Shown here piece by piece: positions 27,257-36,144 of a stretch of DNA of 64,000 bases. Location of the stretch: the NCBI GenBank assembly GCA_021849595.1, contig JAJZSR010000001.1, positions 6,004-70,003 of the forward strand. The letters run 5' to 3'. Under the pieces are notes generated by a model that saw only the letters and a list, made by a program, of their open reading frames with translations, did no database searches and was not told the DNA's origin. Position numbers and translations under genes: made by a program. The stretch's first letter is position 1. Every line of letters begins with the position of its first letter. Origin of the DNA: Pseudomonadota bacterium (GTDB lineage: Bacteria > Pseudomonadota > Gammaproteobacteria > Burkholderiales > Thiobacillaceae).

Positions 27257-27961
27257 TCAATTGAACGGCACGACGACTTCGCCGGCGGCATCTACCAGAC
27301 CTCGCACCACCTTGCCCGACTGGACGTTGCGCACTAGGATGTTTTGCCCCGTGCGGCCATTTTCCATGGCAGAACCCAGGGCCGTGAGCCGCACGCCCCG
27401 GCCTTCGGCCACCAGCGTGACCGCTTGGCCGTAACGGATGACTTCCGGCTGCAGCAGCATGTTCTCCAAGATGGGTTGGCCAGCGGCGACGTTGTAGCGC
27501 AACACCTTACCCAGAATGCCATCGGGGGACAGTACGGCATTCGCGGCCATCTGCCCGGTGTTGCGCCTGACCATAGCCAAGTCCTCGGCCGTCAACATCC
27601 TGCCGGCCTCCAGCGGACGCGCCGCCACCACCACGCGCTGCTCCACGATCACTCGCGCCGGCAGATACACACTCCAGGCCTGCGGCGCGGCGCAGCGTAC
27701 AAGAACGGTCAAGCTGCCGAAAGGATTGGCCTCGCCAAAAAACGCCGCCTGCATATCGGCGCAACGCGGGAAGCGGATTTCCTCCGCCGGCGCCTGCACT
27801 TCGATACGCGCCGCCTGCGCCGCCAGCGGCTCATGCGCGCGGATGTAAGCCTCGGCCGCCGCGCGTATGCGGGCAGGCGATTCCCAGGGCTGCGCGCTGG
27901 CCCAAGCCCAAGCGGGCAGCAACAGCAGGACCAGGGCTGTCCACCCATAGGGGTGACGCAT
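27257..27961 (-). CDS. flgA: Flagellar P-ring chaperone FlgA
   Basis: 234 aa with a signal peptide (WTALVLLLLPAWAWASA) and a C-terminal SAF/FlgA domain (GQPILENMLLQPEVIRYGQAVTLVAEG...GRTGQNILVRN). An alternative start lies at 28018. The 450-aa ORF track entry is over-extended. Confidence 0.88.
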   Translation of the reverse strand: MRHPYGWTALVLLLLPAWAWASAQPWESPARIRAAAEAYIRAHEPLAAQAARIEVQAPAEEIRFPRCADMQAAFFGEANPFGSLTVLVRCAAPQAWSVYLPARVIVEQRVVVAARPLEAGRMLTAEDLAMVRRNTGQMAANAVLSPDGILGKVLRYNVAAGQPILENMLLQPEVIRYGQAVTLVAEGRGVRLTALGSAMENGRTGQNILVRNVQSGKVVRGLVDAAGEVVVPFN

Positions 27962-28222
27962 CCCTGTCGCCCGACCGCGCCGAGAGAGGGATGTTGCGCG
28001 AAATTTGGGTGCAGCCATGGAGAGCCTCCTGCGGAGATACCGCGGGTGCCACATGCAATAGGCGTGCCTTGGCACGGCCCGGCACCGTACCATGCTCGCG
28101 TCGCACCCGACTCGCGCGCGCTTGCCGCGTGCGGCAAGACATTGCCGCCCAGCCCGTTTATGGACTTGCGCATTCGGGGGCGGTACCCGCATCAAGGCGG
28201 CCTTACGGGCGCCGCCGACTTC

Positions 28223-28238
28223 TGGCACAGCTTCTGCT
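28223..28238 (+). promoter_or_regulatory. Sigma54 (-24/-12) promoter of flgB
   Basis: TGGCACAGCTTCTGCT against TGGCAC-N5-TTGCW, with correct GG-N10-GC spacing, 33 nt upstream of the flgB ATG. Confidence 0.75.
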
Positions 28239-28270
28239 TCAAGCTGGGCAGACATAAACCGGAGATCGGA

Positions 28271-28678
28271 ATGGCCAATGCCCTGGACAGCTATCTTGCG
28301 CCCCTGCAGCGCGCCATGGATTTGCATGCCTATCGCCAGCAGCTCCTGGCCGCCAATATCGCCAACGCCGACACGCCCAACTATCACGCCGTCGATCTCA
28401 ATTTCGCCAAGGCCTATAAAGCGGCCATGGAAGGCGCCGCCGGAAATCTGACGCTGCACCGCAACGACCCGCGCCAACTGTCCCCCGCGGGCAACGCGAC
28501 AGGGCTGGCCGCCTATGTGGCCTATCAGGCCGGCAACCAGGTGGGGCTGAACGGCAACAGCGTGAACATGGACCGGGAGCAATCCGCCTTCCTCAAGAAC
28601 AGCGTGCACTACGAGGCGGATCTGACCTTTCTCACCGGCAAGATCAAGACCATGCTGTCGGCCATCACCGGCAGTTGA
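28271..28678 (+). CDS. flgB: Flagellar proximal rod protein FlgB
   Basis: 135 aa ([26 protein letters not shown]...) with a GGAG ribosome-binding site at 28261. Confidence 0.93.
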   Translation: MANALDSYLAPLQRAMDLHAYRQQLLAANIANADTPNYHAVDLNFAKAYKAAMEGAAGNLTLHRNDPRQLSPAGNATGLAAYVAYQAGNQVGLNGNSVNMDREQSAFLKNSVHYEADLTFLTGKIKTMLSAITGS

Positions 28679-28692
28679 AACAGGAGTACGCG

Positions 28693-29109
28693 ATGTCCCT
28701 CTTCTCCGCTCTCGACGTAGCCAGCTCGGCGCTCAACGCGCAAAGCTACCGGCTCAACGTCGTCGCCAGCAACCTGGCCAACGCCAATTCCGCCACCAGC
28801 TCCGACGGCCAGCCCTATCAGGCACGCGAAGTGGTCTTTGCCGCGCAGCCCCTGCAAGGCCCCGGGGCGCCGGTGGGCGTCAACGGCGTGCGCGTGGCCG
28901 CGGTGGTGCAAAGCGATGCACCAGCCAAAAAAGTCTACGAGCCGGGCAACCCTCTGGCCGACAAGGAAGGTTATGTCACGATGCCCAACGTCAATCCGGT
29001 GGATGAAATGGTGAACATGATCTCTGCCTCGCGTGCTTACCAGGCCAACGTCAACGTCATGAACACCACCAAGAACCTGCTGCTCAAGACCCTTACCTTG
29101 GGTCAATAA
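28693..29109 (+). CDS. flgC: Flagellar proximal rod protein FlgC
   Basis: Starts [33 protein letters not shown], preceded by an AGGAG ribosome-binding site. Conserved C-terminus [24 protein letters not shown]. Confidence 0.94.
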   Translation: MSLFSALDVASSALNAQSYRLNVVASNLANANSATSSDGQPYQAREVVFAAQPLQGPGAPVGVNGVRVAAVVQSDAPAKKVYEPGNPLADKEGYVTMPNVNPVDEMVNMISASRAYQANVNVMNTTKNLLLKTLTLGQ

Positions 29110-29124
29110 GCCGAGGAATATCAC

Positions 29125-29814
29125 ATGAGCACATCGCCTGTTTCCGCCAATGCCTTCCTGGCCTCCCTGCAAGGCAGCACCGGTTCGTCGAGCAGTTCGG
29201 GGGCCAGCGGCCTGGCCGGCATCGGCAGCGTGGATACTTTCTATAAGCTGCTGGTGACCCAGTTGACCAACCAGGATCCGCTCAACCCCCTGAGCAACCA
29301 GGATCTGTCCGCGCAGATGGCGCAGTTCAGCATCGCCTCGGGCGTGCAGCAGATGCAGTCCTCCATGAGTTCCATGCTGCAGCAACTGGCACAGACCCAG
29401 GGGCTGCAAGCGGCCTCGCTGGTGGGCAAGAACGTCGCCCTCACCGGCAACCAACTCACCCTGAACAACGGCGCGGCCAGCGGCGGCTTCACCCTCGCGG
29501 CGCCTGCACAGGATGTGCAGGTGCTGGTGCAGGACAGCTCGGGCCAAGCCGTGGCAGGCATGGATCTCGGGCCCATGAATTCCGGCACTCAGACCTTTTC
29601 CTGGAACGGCCAGGATGTGCAGGGCCAGGCGCTGCCGCCGGGCAATTATCAGTTTTCCGTGCAGGCCGTCGACAGCAGCGGCCAGCCGGTCGCTGCCATT
29701 CCCTTCAGCATCGGCCAGGTGAGCGCCGTCAATCTGGGCAGCGGCGGCCCCACTCTGCAAATTCAAGGCAATCCTGCCAGCGTGCCGCTGAGCGCCGTAC
29801 AAGCCCTTATCTAA
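29125..29814 (+). CDS. flgD: Flagellar hook cap/scaffold protein FlgD
   Basis: 229 aa with the [18 protein letters not shown] motif and a C-terminal FlgD Ig-like region. Confidence 0.92.
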   Translation: MSTSPVSANAFLASLQGSTGSSSSSGASGLAGIGSVDTFYKLLVTQLTNQDPLNPLSNQDLSAQMAQFSIASGVQQMQSSMSSMLQQLAQTQGLQAASLVGKNVALTGNQLTLNNGAASGGFTLAAPAQDVQVLVQDSSGQAVAGMDLGPMNSGTQTFSWNGQDVQGQALPPGNYQFSVQAVDSSGQPVAAIPFSIGQVSAVNLGSGGPTLQIQGNPASVPLSAVQALI

Positions 29815-29824
29815 CGAGGAAACC

Positions 29825-31063
29825 ATGGCTACTTTCGACACCGCCCTGAGCGGCCTGCAAGCCGCCTCCACCAGCCTCCAGGTGCTGGGCAACAACATCT
29901 CCAACGCCAATACCGTGGGCTTCAAGAGCTCGAACGCGCAGTTCGCCGACGCCTATGCCTCGGCCCTGGCCAATACTGCGACCACCACCGGCCAGATCGG
30001 CATCGGCGTTCAGGTTCAGCAGATCGCCCAGCAGTTCATCCAAGGCAACATCCAGACGACGAGCAATCCGCTGGACGTGGCGATCAACGGCAACGGCTTC
30101 TTCAAACTGGACTACAACGGCTCCCTGGTCTACAGCCGCAACGGCCAGTTCAACATCGACGCCAACGGCTATGTGGTGGACGGCGCCGGCGGCCAGGTGC
30201 AGGGCACGCTGGCCTCCAACGGCGTGCTGACCGGCGCTCAAGGCGCGTTGCAGATCAGCCAGGCCAGCCTGCCGCCCCAGGCTACTTCCGGCCTGGGCCT
30301 GAGCCTCAACCTGTCGTCCGCGAGCACGCCCCCCAGCGGCGCGTTCAATATGAACGACGCCACCTCCTACAACTACTCCACCAGCACCACTGTTTATGAC
30401 AGCCTGGGCTCGCCGCATCTGCTGACCACCTACTACCAGCTCGCCAGCGGCACGCCCGGCAATCCGGAAACCTGGAACGTCTATTTTTCCGCCAACGGCA
30501 CCACGGGGTCAGGGGGCATCACTTCGGGCAGTCTGGTCACCCTCAATTTCACGTCAACCGGCATCATCAGCGGCTCCGCAGCGGGCAATACCTCCAGCCT
30601 GACCTGGGCCGACGGGGCAAGCCCCAGCACCATCAACGTCAATTACGCCGGTTCCACCAACTACGACGCGCCCTCGGCCGTGACCAGCGCCACCAACAAC
30701 GGCTACGGCCCCGGCCAGTTGAGCAATTTGTCCATCGACCCCAGCGGCATCATCTTCGGGCGCTACAGCAACGGCCAGTCGCAGATCCTGGGCCAGATCA
30801 CGCTCACCAGCTTCCCGGACAACCAGGGTCTGCAGCGCATCGGCAACAACTATTTCGTCGAAACCTACAAGTCTGGTTCCGCGCTGACCGGCTCGCCGGG
30901 CAGCTCCGACCTAGGCGTGCTGCAATCCGGTGCCGTCGAGCAATCCAACGTCGATCTGTCATCGCAACTGGTCAACCTCATCGTCGCGCAGCAGGCCTAC
31001 CAGGCCAACGCCCAGACCATCAAGACCGAGAACCAGGTCGTGCAGACCCTGCTCACCCTGTAA
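29825..31063 (+). CDS. flgE: Flagellar hook protein FlgE
   Basis: 412 aa with N-terminal FDTALSGLQAASTSLQVLGNNISNANTVGFK and C-terminal LVNLIVAQQAYQANAQTIKTENQVVQTLL. Confidence 0.95.
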   Translation: MATFDTALSGLQAASTSLQVLGNNISNANTVGFKSSNAQFADAYASALANTATTTGQIGIGVQVQQIAQQFIQGNIQTTSNPLDVAINGNGFFKLDYNGSLVYSRNGQFNIDANGYVVDGAGGQVQGTLASNGVLTGAQGALQISQASLPPQATSGLGLSLNLSSASTPPSGAFNMNDATSYNYSTSTTVYDSLGSPHLLTTYYQLASGTPGNPETWNVYFSANGTTGSGGITSGSLVTLNFTSTGIISGSAAGNTSSLTWADGASPSTINVNYAGSTNYDAPSAVTSATNNGYGPGQLSNLSIDPSGIIFGRYSNGQSQILGQITLTSFPDNQGLQRIGNNYFVETYKSGSALTGSPGSSDLGVLQSGAVEQSNVDLSSQLVNLIVAQQAYQANAQTIKTENQVVQTLLTL

Positions 31064-31072
31064 GGAAGCGGC

Positions 31073-31810
31073 ATGGATACCTTATGGATTGCCGCGACCG
31101 GCGCCCGCGCCATCCTGCACCGGCAGGCGGTCACGGCCAATAACCTGGCCAACGTCAACACCACCGGCTACCGTGCGGAGGAGGCCAACTTCCGTGCCCT
31201 GCCGGTGTACGGCGAGTCCCTGCCCAGCAATGTCTACACGACCGGCCAGGGCAACTCGGCCGACCTGCGCGAAGGCCCCATCGTCCATACCGGGCGCAAT
31301 CTGGACGTCGCCATCCAGGGCCCGGGCTGGATCGCCGTGCAAGGCGCCGACGGCAAGCCCGCCTACACGCGCAACGGCGACCTGGTGGTCAATGGCTCGG
31401 GCATCCTCACCACAGCCGACGGCCATCCCGTGCTGGGCAGCAGCGGCACGCCCATCTCCCTACCCCAGCTCGAATCCGTGATGATAGGCGCCGACGGCAC
31501 CATCTCCGGCGTGCCGGCCGGCAGCCAGCCCAACGCGCTGGTGGCCGTCAACCGCATCATGCTGGTCAACCCGCCGCCGCAGGATTTGCAGCGCGGAGCG
31601 GACGGCCTGTTCCGCAGCACCCAGGGCATCCCGGCGCCGGACGGCAACGTCCAACTGGCAAGCGGCGCGCTGGAAGGCAGCAACGTCAATCCCGTGGCGG
31701 CCATGATCCGCATGCTGGAGGATTCGCGCATGTTCGAAATGCAGACCAAGCTCGTGCAGACGGTCAGCCAGAACCAACAGGCCGCCAGCCAACTGCTCAA
31801 CGTGAGCTGA
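31073..31810 (+). CDS. flgF: Flagellar rod protein FlgF
   Basis: 245 aa with rod-family N-terminal ([13 protein letters not shown]) and C-terminal motifs. Confidence 0.92.
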   Translation: MDTLWIAATGARAILHRQAVTANNLANVNTTGYRAEEANFRALPVYGESLPSNVYTTGQGNSADLREGPIVHTGRNLDVAIQGPGWIAVQGADGKPAYTRNGDLVVNGSGILTTADGHPVLGSSGTPISLPQLESVMIGADGTISGVPAGSQPNALVAVNRIMLVNPPPQDLQRGADGLFRSTQGIPAPDGNVQLASGALEGSNVNPVAAMIRMLEDSRMFEMQTKLVQTVSQNQQAASQLLNVS

Positions 31811-31856
31811 TGCAGACACTGCCTCACGCCAACAAATCCACTCGACGGAGACCCTC

Positions 31857-32642
31857 ATGATCCGCTCCCTCTACATCGCACAGACCGGCTTGGAAGCGCA
31901 GCAGACGCAAATGGACGTCATCGCCAACAACCTGGCCAACGTCAACACCACGGGCTTCAAGAAGTCCCGCGCCGTCTTCCAGGATCTGCTCTACCAGAAC
32001 CTGCGCCAGCCGGGCGCGCAGTCGTCGCAGAACACCCAATATCCCTCCGGATTGCAGTTGGGCACCGGGGTGCGCCCGGTGGCAACCGAGCGCATCATGA
32101 CCCAGGGCAACCTGACCCAGACCGGCAACTCGCTGGACGTCGCCATCAACGGCCAGGGCTTCTTCCAGATACTGAAACCCGACGGTACCATCGCCTACAC
32201 GCGCGACGGCACTTTCCAGCTCAACAACCAGGGCCAGTTGGTAACCTCCAGCGGCTATGTGCTGCAGCCCCCCGTCACCATCCCGCCGGGCGCGCAGACC
32301 ATCACCATAGGCAACGACGGCACGGTATCCGTCACTCTGGCCGGGCAATCCGCCCCCCAGCAGGTAGGCAGCATCCAGCTCGCCAACTTCCTCAACCCCA
32401 CGGGTTTGCAAAGCATAGGCGACAACCTCTATCTGCAAACCGCGTCTTCCGGCGCCCCCACCACCGGGCAGCCCACCTTCAACGGCCTGGGCTCGCTGCA
32501 GCAGGGCTATCTGGAAACCTCCAACGTCAACGTCGTCGCGGAACTGGTGAACATGATCTCCACCCAGCGCGCCTACGAAATCAACAGCAAGGCCGTGCAG
32601 ACCTCCGACCAGATGCTGCAATACGTCAACAACAATCTGTGA
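31857..32642 (+). CDS. flgG: Flagellar distal rod protein FlgG
   Basis: 261 aa ([47 protein letters not shown] ... [26 protein letters not shown]). Confidence 0.96.
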   Translation: MIRSLYIAQTGLEAQQTQMDVIANNLANVNTTGFKKSRAVFQDLLYQNLRQPGAQSSQNTQYPSGLQLGTGVRPVATERIMTQGNLTQTGNSLDVAINGQGFFQILKPDGTIAYTRDGTFQLNNQGQLVTSSGYVLQPPVTIPPGAQTITIGNDGTVSVTLAGQSAPQQVGSIQLANFLNPTGLQSIGDNLYLQTASSGAPTTGQPTFNGLGSLQQGYLETSNVNVVAELVNMISTQRAYEINSKAVQTSDQMLQYVNNNL

Positions 32643-32673
32643 TCGTCGCGGCGGGCTGCATGAGCATCAAGGC

Positions 32674-32880
32674 AATTATTGATCCGGCATTATTGAACCT
32701 GAAAATATACGGCGGCACGAAAGCCTACGTGTCTCGATTTTTGGCAAGGGAATGCCGGATCAATAACATTCAACCTCGGCTGTTTATTGAGGCGGCCCAG
32801 CGGCCGTATTCAACGCTTCTGCCGCACTGGGGTCGTTTCACGTTTCAAGTTTATAGGTGCCGCCTCAATAATCGGATCCC
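32674..32880 (+). repeat. AT-rich double-hairpin intergenic repeat, copy A (between flgG and flgH)
   Basis: Perfect inverted repeats TTATTGATCCGGCATT (32676-32691) / AATGCCGGATCAATAA (32751-32766) and TTATTGAGGCGGC (32784-32796) / GCCGCCTCAATAA (32859-32871). It shares conserved blocks with copy B at 61794-61950. Confidence 0.8.
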
Positions 32881-32899
32881 TCGGCGCGGCCTGCGCCTA

Positions 32900-33574
32900 A
32901 TGCTCGCCCTGTTCCCGGTGTTGCTGCTGGCCGCTTGCGCCGGCAGCGCGCCGCCCAAGGGCCCGCTCGCCACCCTGCCCATCCCGGCCGAACCGGCCAA
33001 CGTGGACGCCCACGCCGCCAACGGCGCCATCTGGCAACCGGACACCAACGTCGCTTTATTCGAGGACAGCCGCGCCCACCGCGTAGGCGATCTCATCACC
33101 ATCCTGATTCAGGAAAACGCCAACGCGACGAAATCCACCAACACCACCATCAACAAGTCCGACTCCATCAACGCCGGCATCACCAGCCTGTTCGGCATCG
33201 CGCCGACTTTCGGCCTGCATAACGGCACACCCTTCAGCCCCAGCCTGGACGCCAGCTCGGCGCAGAAATTCGGCGGCAACGGCGCCACCGCGCAGAGCAA
33301 CACCTTCACCACCACCTTGCAGGCCACGGTCGTGCGCGTGATGAGCAACGGCAACCTGGAAATCTCCGGGCAGAAGGAAGTGATGCTCAACGGCGGACAC
33401 GAATACATCCGTGTCGCCGGCGTGGTGCGCGCCGCCGACATCAGCCCGCAAAACACCGTGTCGTCCACCCAGATCGCCGATGCGCGCGTCGAGTACAGCG
33501 GCAATGGCAGCGTTTACGACGCCGCGCGGGTGCCCTGGCTGGCGCGCTTCTTCCTTTCCCTGTGGCCATTCTGA
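32900..33574 (+). CDS. flgH: Flagellar L-ring lipoprotein FlgH
   Basis: Lipobox LLLAAC after the start MLALFPV, then conserved HRVGDLITILIQENANATKS and a C-terminus ending GNGSVYDAARVPWLARFF. Confidence 0.93.
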   Translation: MLALFPVLLLAACAGSAPPKGPLATLPIPAEPANVDAHAANGAIWQPDTNVALFEDSRAHRVGDLITILIQENANATKSTNTTINKSDSINAGITSLFGIAPTFGLHNGTPFSPSLDASSAQKFGGNGATAQSNTFTTTLQATVVRVMSNGNLEISGQKEVMLNGGHEYIRVAGVVRAADISPQNTVSSTQIADARVEYSGNGSVYDAARVPWLARFFLSLWPF

Positions 33575-33587
33575 CTCGCGGCTCGCC

Positions 33588-34733
33588 ATGATTACCCCCC
33601 TGCGTCATCTCCCCCGCCCGGCCCGCTTGCGTTACGCTGCCCTCGCGCTGCTGCTCGCGCTTTGCGCTCTGGCGCTGCCGGCGCGCGCCGCCGCGGTGCG
33701 CGATCTCACCACGGTCCAGGGTGTGCGCAGCAACCAGTTGGTGGGCTACGGCCTGGTAGTAGGCCTGAACGGTACCGGCGACCAAGCCACCCAGGTGCCC
33801 TTCACCACCCAGTCGCTCATCAACATGTTCCAGCGCCTGGGCATCAATCTGCCCCCCAGCGTGGCCACCAACCTGCAGCCCAAGGATGTCGCCGCCGTCA
33901 TGGTGACCGCCCAACTGCCGGCATTCGCCCAACCCGGCCAGACCATCAACGTCACCGTTTCCGCCGCCGGCAATGCTTCCAGCCTAGCCGGCGGCACCCT
34001 GCTGATGACCCCGCTCAAGGGCGCCGACGGCCAGACCTACGCAGTGGCGCAGGGCAACATCGTGGTAAGCGGCTACGGCGCCAGCGCGGGTGCCAGCAGC
34101 ACGCAGACCAATTTCCTCACCGCCGGCACCATCGCCAACGGCGCCAGCGTCGAGCGTGCGGTGGCGAGCAACTTCGACAACGGCGGCCCGCTGCTGCTGG
34201 CCCTCAACACGCCCAGCTTCAGCACCGCCAGCCGCGTGGCGGAGCAAATCAACCGCCATTTCGGCGCCGGCACGGCGGTGGCGCTCAACGCCGGGGCCGT
34301 ACAGGTACAGGCCCCGGCCAATCCCGGTGCCCGTACTACTTTCCTGGGCGACGTGGAAAGCCTGGAGGTGACGCCGCAAACGCCCGTCGCCAAGGTGGTG
34401 ATCGACGCCCGCAGCGGCACCGTGGTGCTGGGCCAGAACGTCACTCTGGGGCCCTGCGCGGTGGCGCACGGTAATCTCTCGGTGACCATCAGCACCCAGT
34501 ATCTGGTAAGCCAGCCCAACCCTCTGGGCGCCGGACAGACCGCCGTGGTGCCGCAAACCGAAGTGCAGGCGGCCCAGCAAAAGGCCAACCTGCTGATGTT
34601 CCAGCCCGGGGTCACGCTCGAAGCCGTGGTGCGCGCGCTCAACGCTGTCGGCGCCACCCCCAACGATCTCATCGCCATCCTGCAGGCCATGAAGGCCGCC
34701 GGCGCCCTGCACGCGCAGATGGAAGTGATATGA
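33588..34733 (+). CDS. flgI: Flagellar P-ring protein FlgI
   Basis: Signal peptide, then VRDLTTVQGVRSNQLVGYGLVVGLNGTGDQ, ending in LIAILQAMKAAGALHAQMEVI. Confidence 0.96.
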   Translation: MITPLRHLPRPARLRYAALALLLALCALALPARAAAVRDLTTVQGVRSNQLVGYGLVVGLNGTGDQATQVPFTTQSLINMFQRLGINLPPSVATNLQPKDVAAVMVTAQLPAFAQPGQTINVTVSAAGNASSLAGGTLLMTPLKGADGQTYAVAQGNIVVSGYGASAGASSTQTNFLTAGTIANGASVERAVASNFDNGGPLLLALNTPSFSTASRVAEQINRHFGAGTAVALNAGAVQVQAPANPGARTTFLGDVESLEVTPQTPVAKVVIDARSGTVVLGQNVTLGPCAVAHGNLSVTISTQYLVSQPNPLGAGQTAVVPQTEVQAAQQKANLLMFQPGVTLEAVVRALNAVGATPNDLIAILQAMKAAGALHAQMEVI

Positions 34734-35704
34734 ACGCGCCCTCCGCCGCAACTGCCTCTGCCGCCGCGGCAGACAGCCTGAGCTTCCAGGGGCTGGCCCA
34801 GCTCAAGGCTGCCGCGCAGGCCAACGATCCCAAGGCGGTCATGGCGGTGGCACGCCAGTTCGAGGCCATGCTACTGCAGCAGATGCTCTCGGTAATGGAC
34901 GCCACTTCTTTCGGGCCCGACCTCATGGGCCAGAATTCCGGGGCGTTGTATCGCTCGCTGTTCAACCAGCAGATCGCCACCACTGTCAGTCAGGGCCGGG
35001 GTATCGGTCTGGCGAGCTTTCTGGCGCGCGAGCTTTCCGGGCGTTATGGGCTGCAAGCGCCCAAGCCTCCTACACCGGGCACCTCCGCCTCCTCTGCTGC
35101 CCCCGCTCCAGCGGCCGCTACCATGGCTGCACCCCGCGCCCTGTCCGCCGCAGTACCAAGCACGGGGCTTACCACCCCCCCCGAGACGGGACATGCCGCG
35201 CCGGCCAATGCGGGGCTTGCCGCCACCCTGGAACAAGCCCGCCGCTTCGCCGCGGTCATCCTGCCCAGCATCCGCGCCGCCGCCGCGCGCTTGGGCGTCG
35301 CCCCGCGCGCGCTCCTGGCCCAGGCCGCCCTGGAAACCGGTTGGGGGCGCCACATGCCCGGCAACAACCTGTTCGGCATCAAGGCCCAGACCGTGGCACA
35401 GGGCAGCTTCACCGCCCTGACCCAGGAATTCCGCCACGGCGTCGCCCGCGCGGAAACCGCCGTGTTTCGCGCCTATGACCGCGTGAGCGCCAGCGTGCAC
35501 GACTATGCCAATTTGCTCCTGGGCGACGGCCGCTACCGCGGCGTGCGTGGACTGGGCAACGATATCCCTGCCTTCGCCCAAGCTCTGCAGCACGCCGGCT
35601 ACGCCACCGATCCGCAGTACGCCAGCAAGCTGGTCGCGGTGGCCAACAGCCCGGAGATGCGCGCCGCCCTGGCCGGCAACAACTCAAGTTTTCCGCAGAC
35701 GTGA
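34730..35704 (+). CDS. flgJ: Flagellar rod assembly protein / peptidoglycan hydrolase FlgJ
   Basis: N-terminal rod-binding domain (AVARQFEAMLLQQMLSVM) and C-terminal glucosaminidase domain (LLAQAALETGWGRHMPGNNLFGIKA...YATDPQYASKL). Confidence 0.93.
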   Translation: MNAPSAATASAAAADSLSFQGLAQLKAAAQANDPKAVMAVARQFEAMLLQQMLSVMDATSFGPDLMGQNSGALYRSLFNQQIATTVSQGRGIGLASFLARELSGRYGLQAPKPPTPGTSASSAAPAPAAATMAAPRALSAAVPSTGLTTPPETGHAAPANAGLAATLEQARRFAAVILPSIRAAAARLGVAPRALLAQAALETGWGRHMPGNNLFGIKAQTVAQGSFTALTQEFRHGVARAETAVFRAYDRVSASVHDYANLLLGDGRYRGVRGLGNDIPAFAQALQHAGYATDPQYASKLVAVANSPEMRAALAGNNSSFPQT

Positions 35705-35771
35705 CGTTTTGTAATCAGCCTCCCGCGGCCCGAGCACGGCCGGCACTATCCACCCGCAAAGGCCGCACGCC

Positions 35772-36143
35772 ATGTCCCGAACCGCTCCCCTGCAAGATGA
35801 AAAGCAAGTCGTAGCGGCCCTGGCGCGGCTGCTGCGCGAGGAAAAAGAACGCCTGGGCCAAGGCGGACAGCCGCGCACCGAAAGCCCGGCAGAATGGCAA
35901 ACCCTGCTGGAGGATTTGCGCCTGTACGCAGCGCAGCGCCGGACAATATCCAACGGCCAGGGCAACTCAGCCGAGCTGGCCGAATCGGTCCTCGGCCTGC
36001 AGCAGGAATATCAGGAATTGCAGCATGTGCTGATGGTATGGAGCGCGGCGTTGAAACAAGCCCTCGACCGCCTGAACGAAAACAAAGCCGCCCTGACCTA
36101 CGGGCCTGCCAAGTCGCGCGGCCGCACCTTGGGGAGGGTCTGA
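35772..36143 (+). CDS. Hypothetical 123-aa helical protein, translationally coupled to flgK (possible FlgN-like chaperone)
   Basis: GC3-rich ORF whose stop lies 1 nt before the flgK ATG. Predicted coiled coil (LARLLREEKERL..., LGLQQEYQELQHVLMVW). I recognise no family. Confidence 0.55.
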   Translation: MSRTAPLQDEKQVVAALARLLREEKERLGQGGQPRTESPAEWQTLLEDLRLYAAQRRTISNGQGNSAELAESVLGLQQEYQELQHVLMVWSAALKQALDRLNENKAALTYGPAKSRGRTLGRV

Positions 36144-36144
36144 G

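Noticed and set aside
27962-28609. N-terminal extension of the flgA ORF to 450 aa
   Set aside because: The extension would run through the flgB promoter and coding region on the opposite strand. FlgA homology and its signal peptide begin at MRHPYGW (27961).
28609-29925. 438-aa minus-strand ORF
   Set aside because: It is antisense to flgB, flgC and flgD. This is a shadow ORF.
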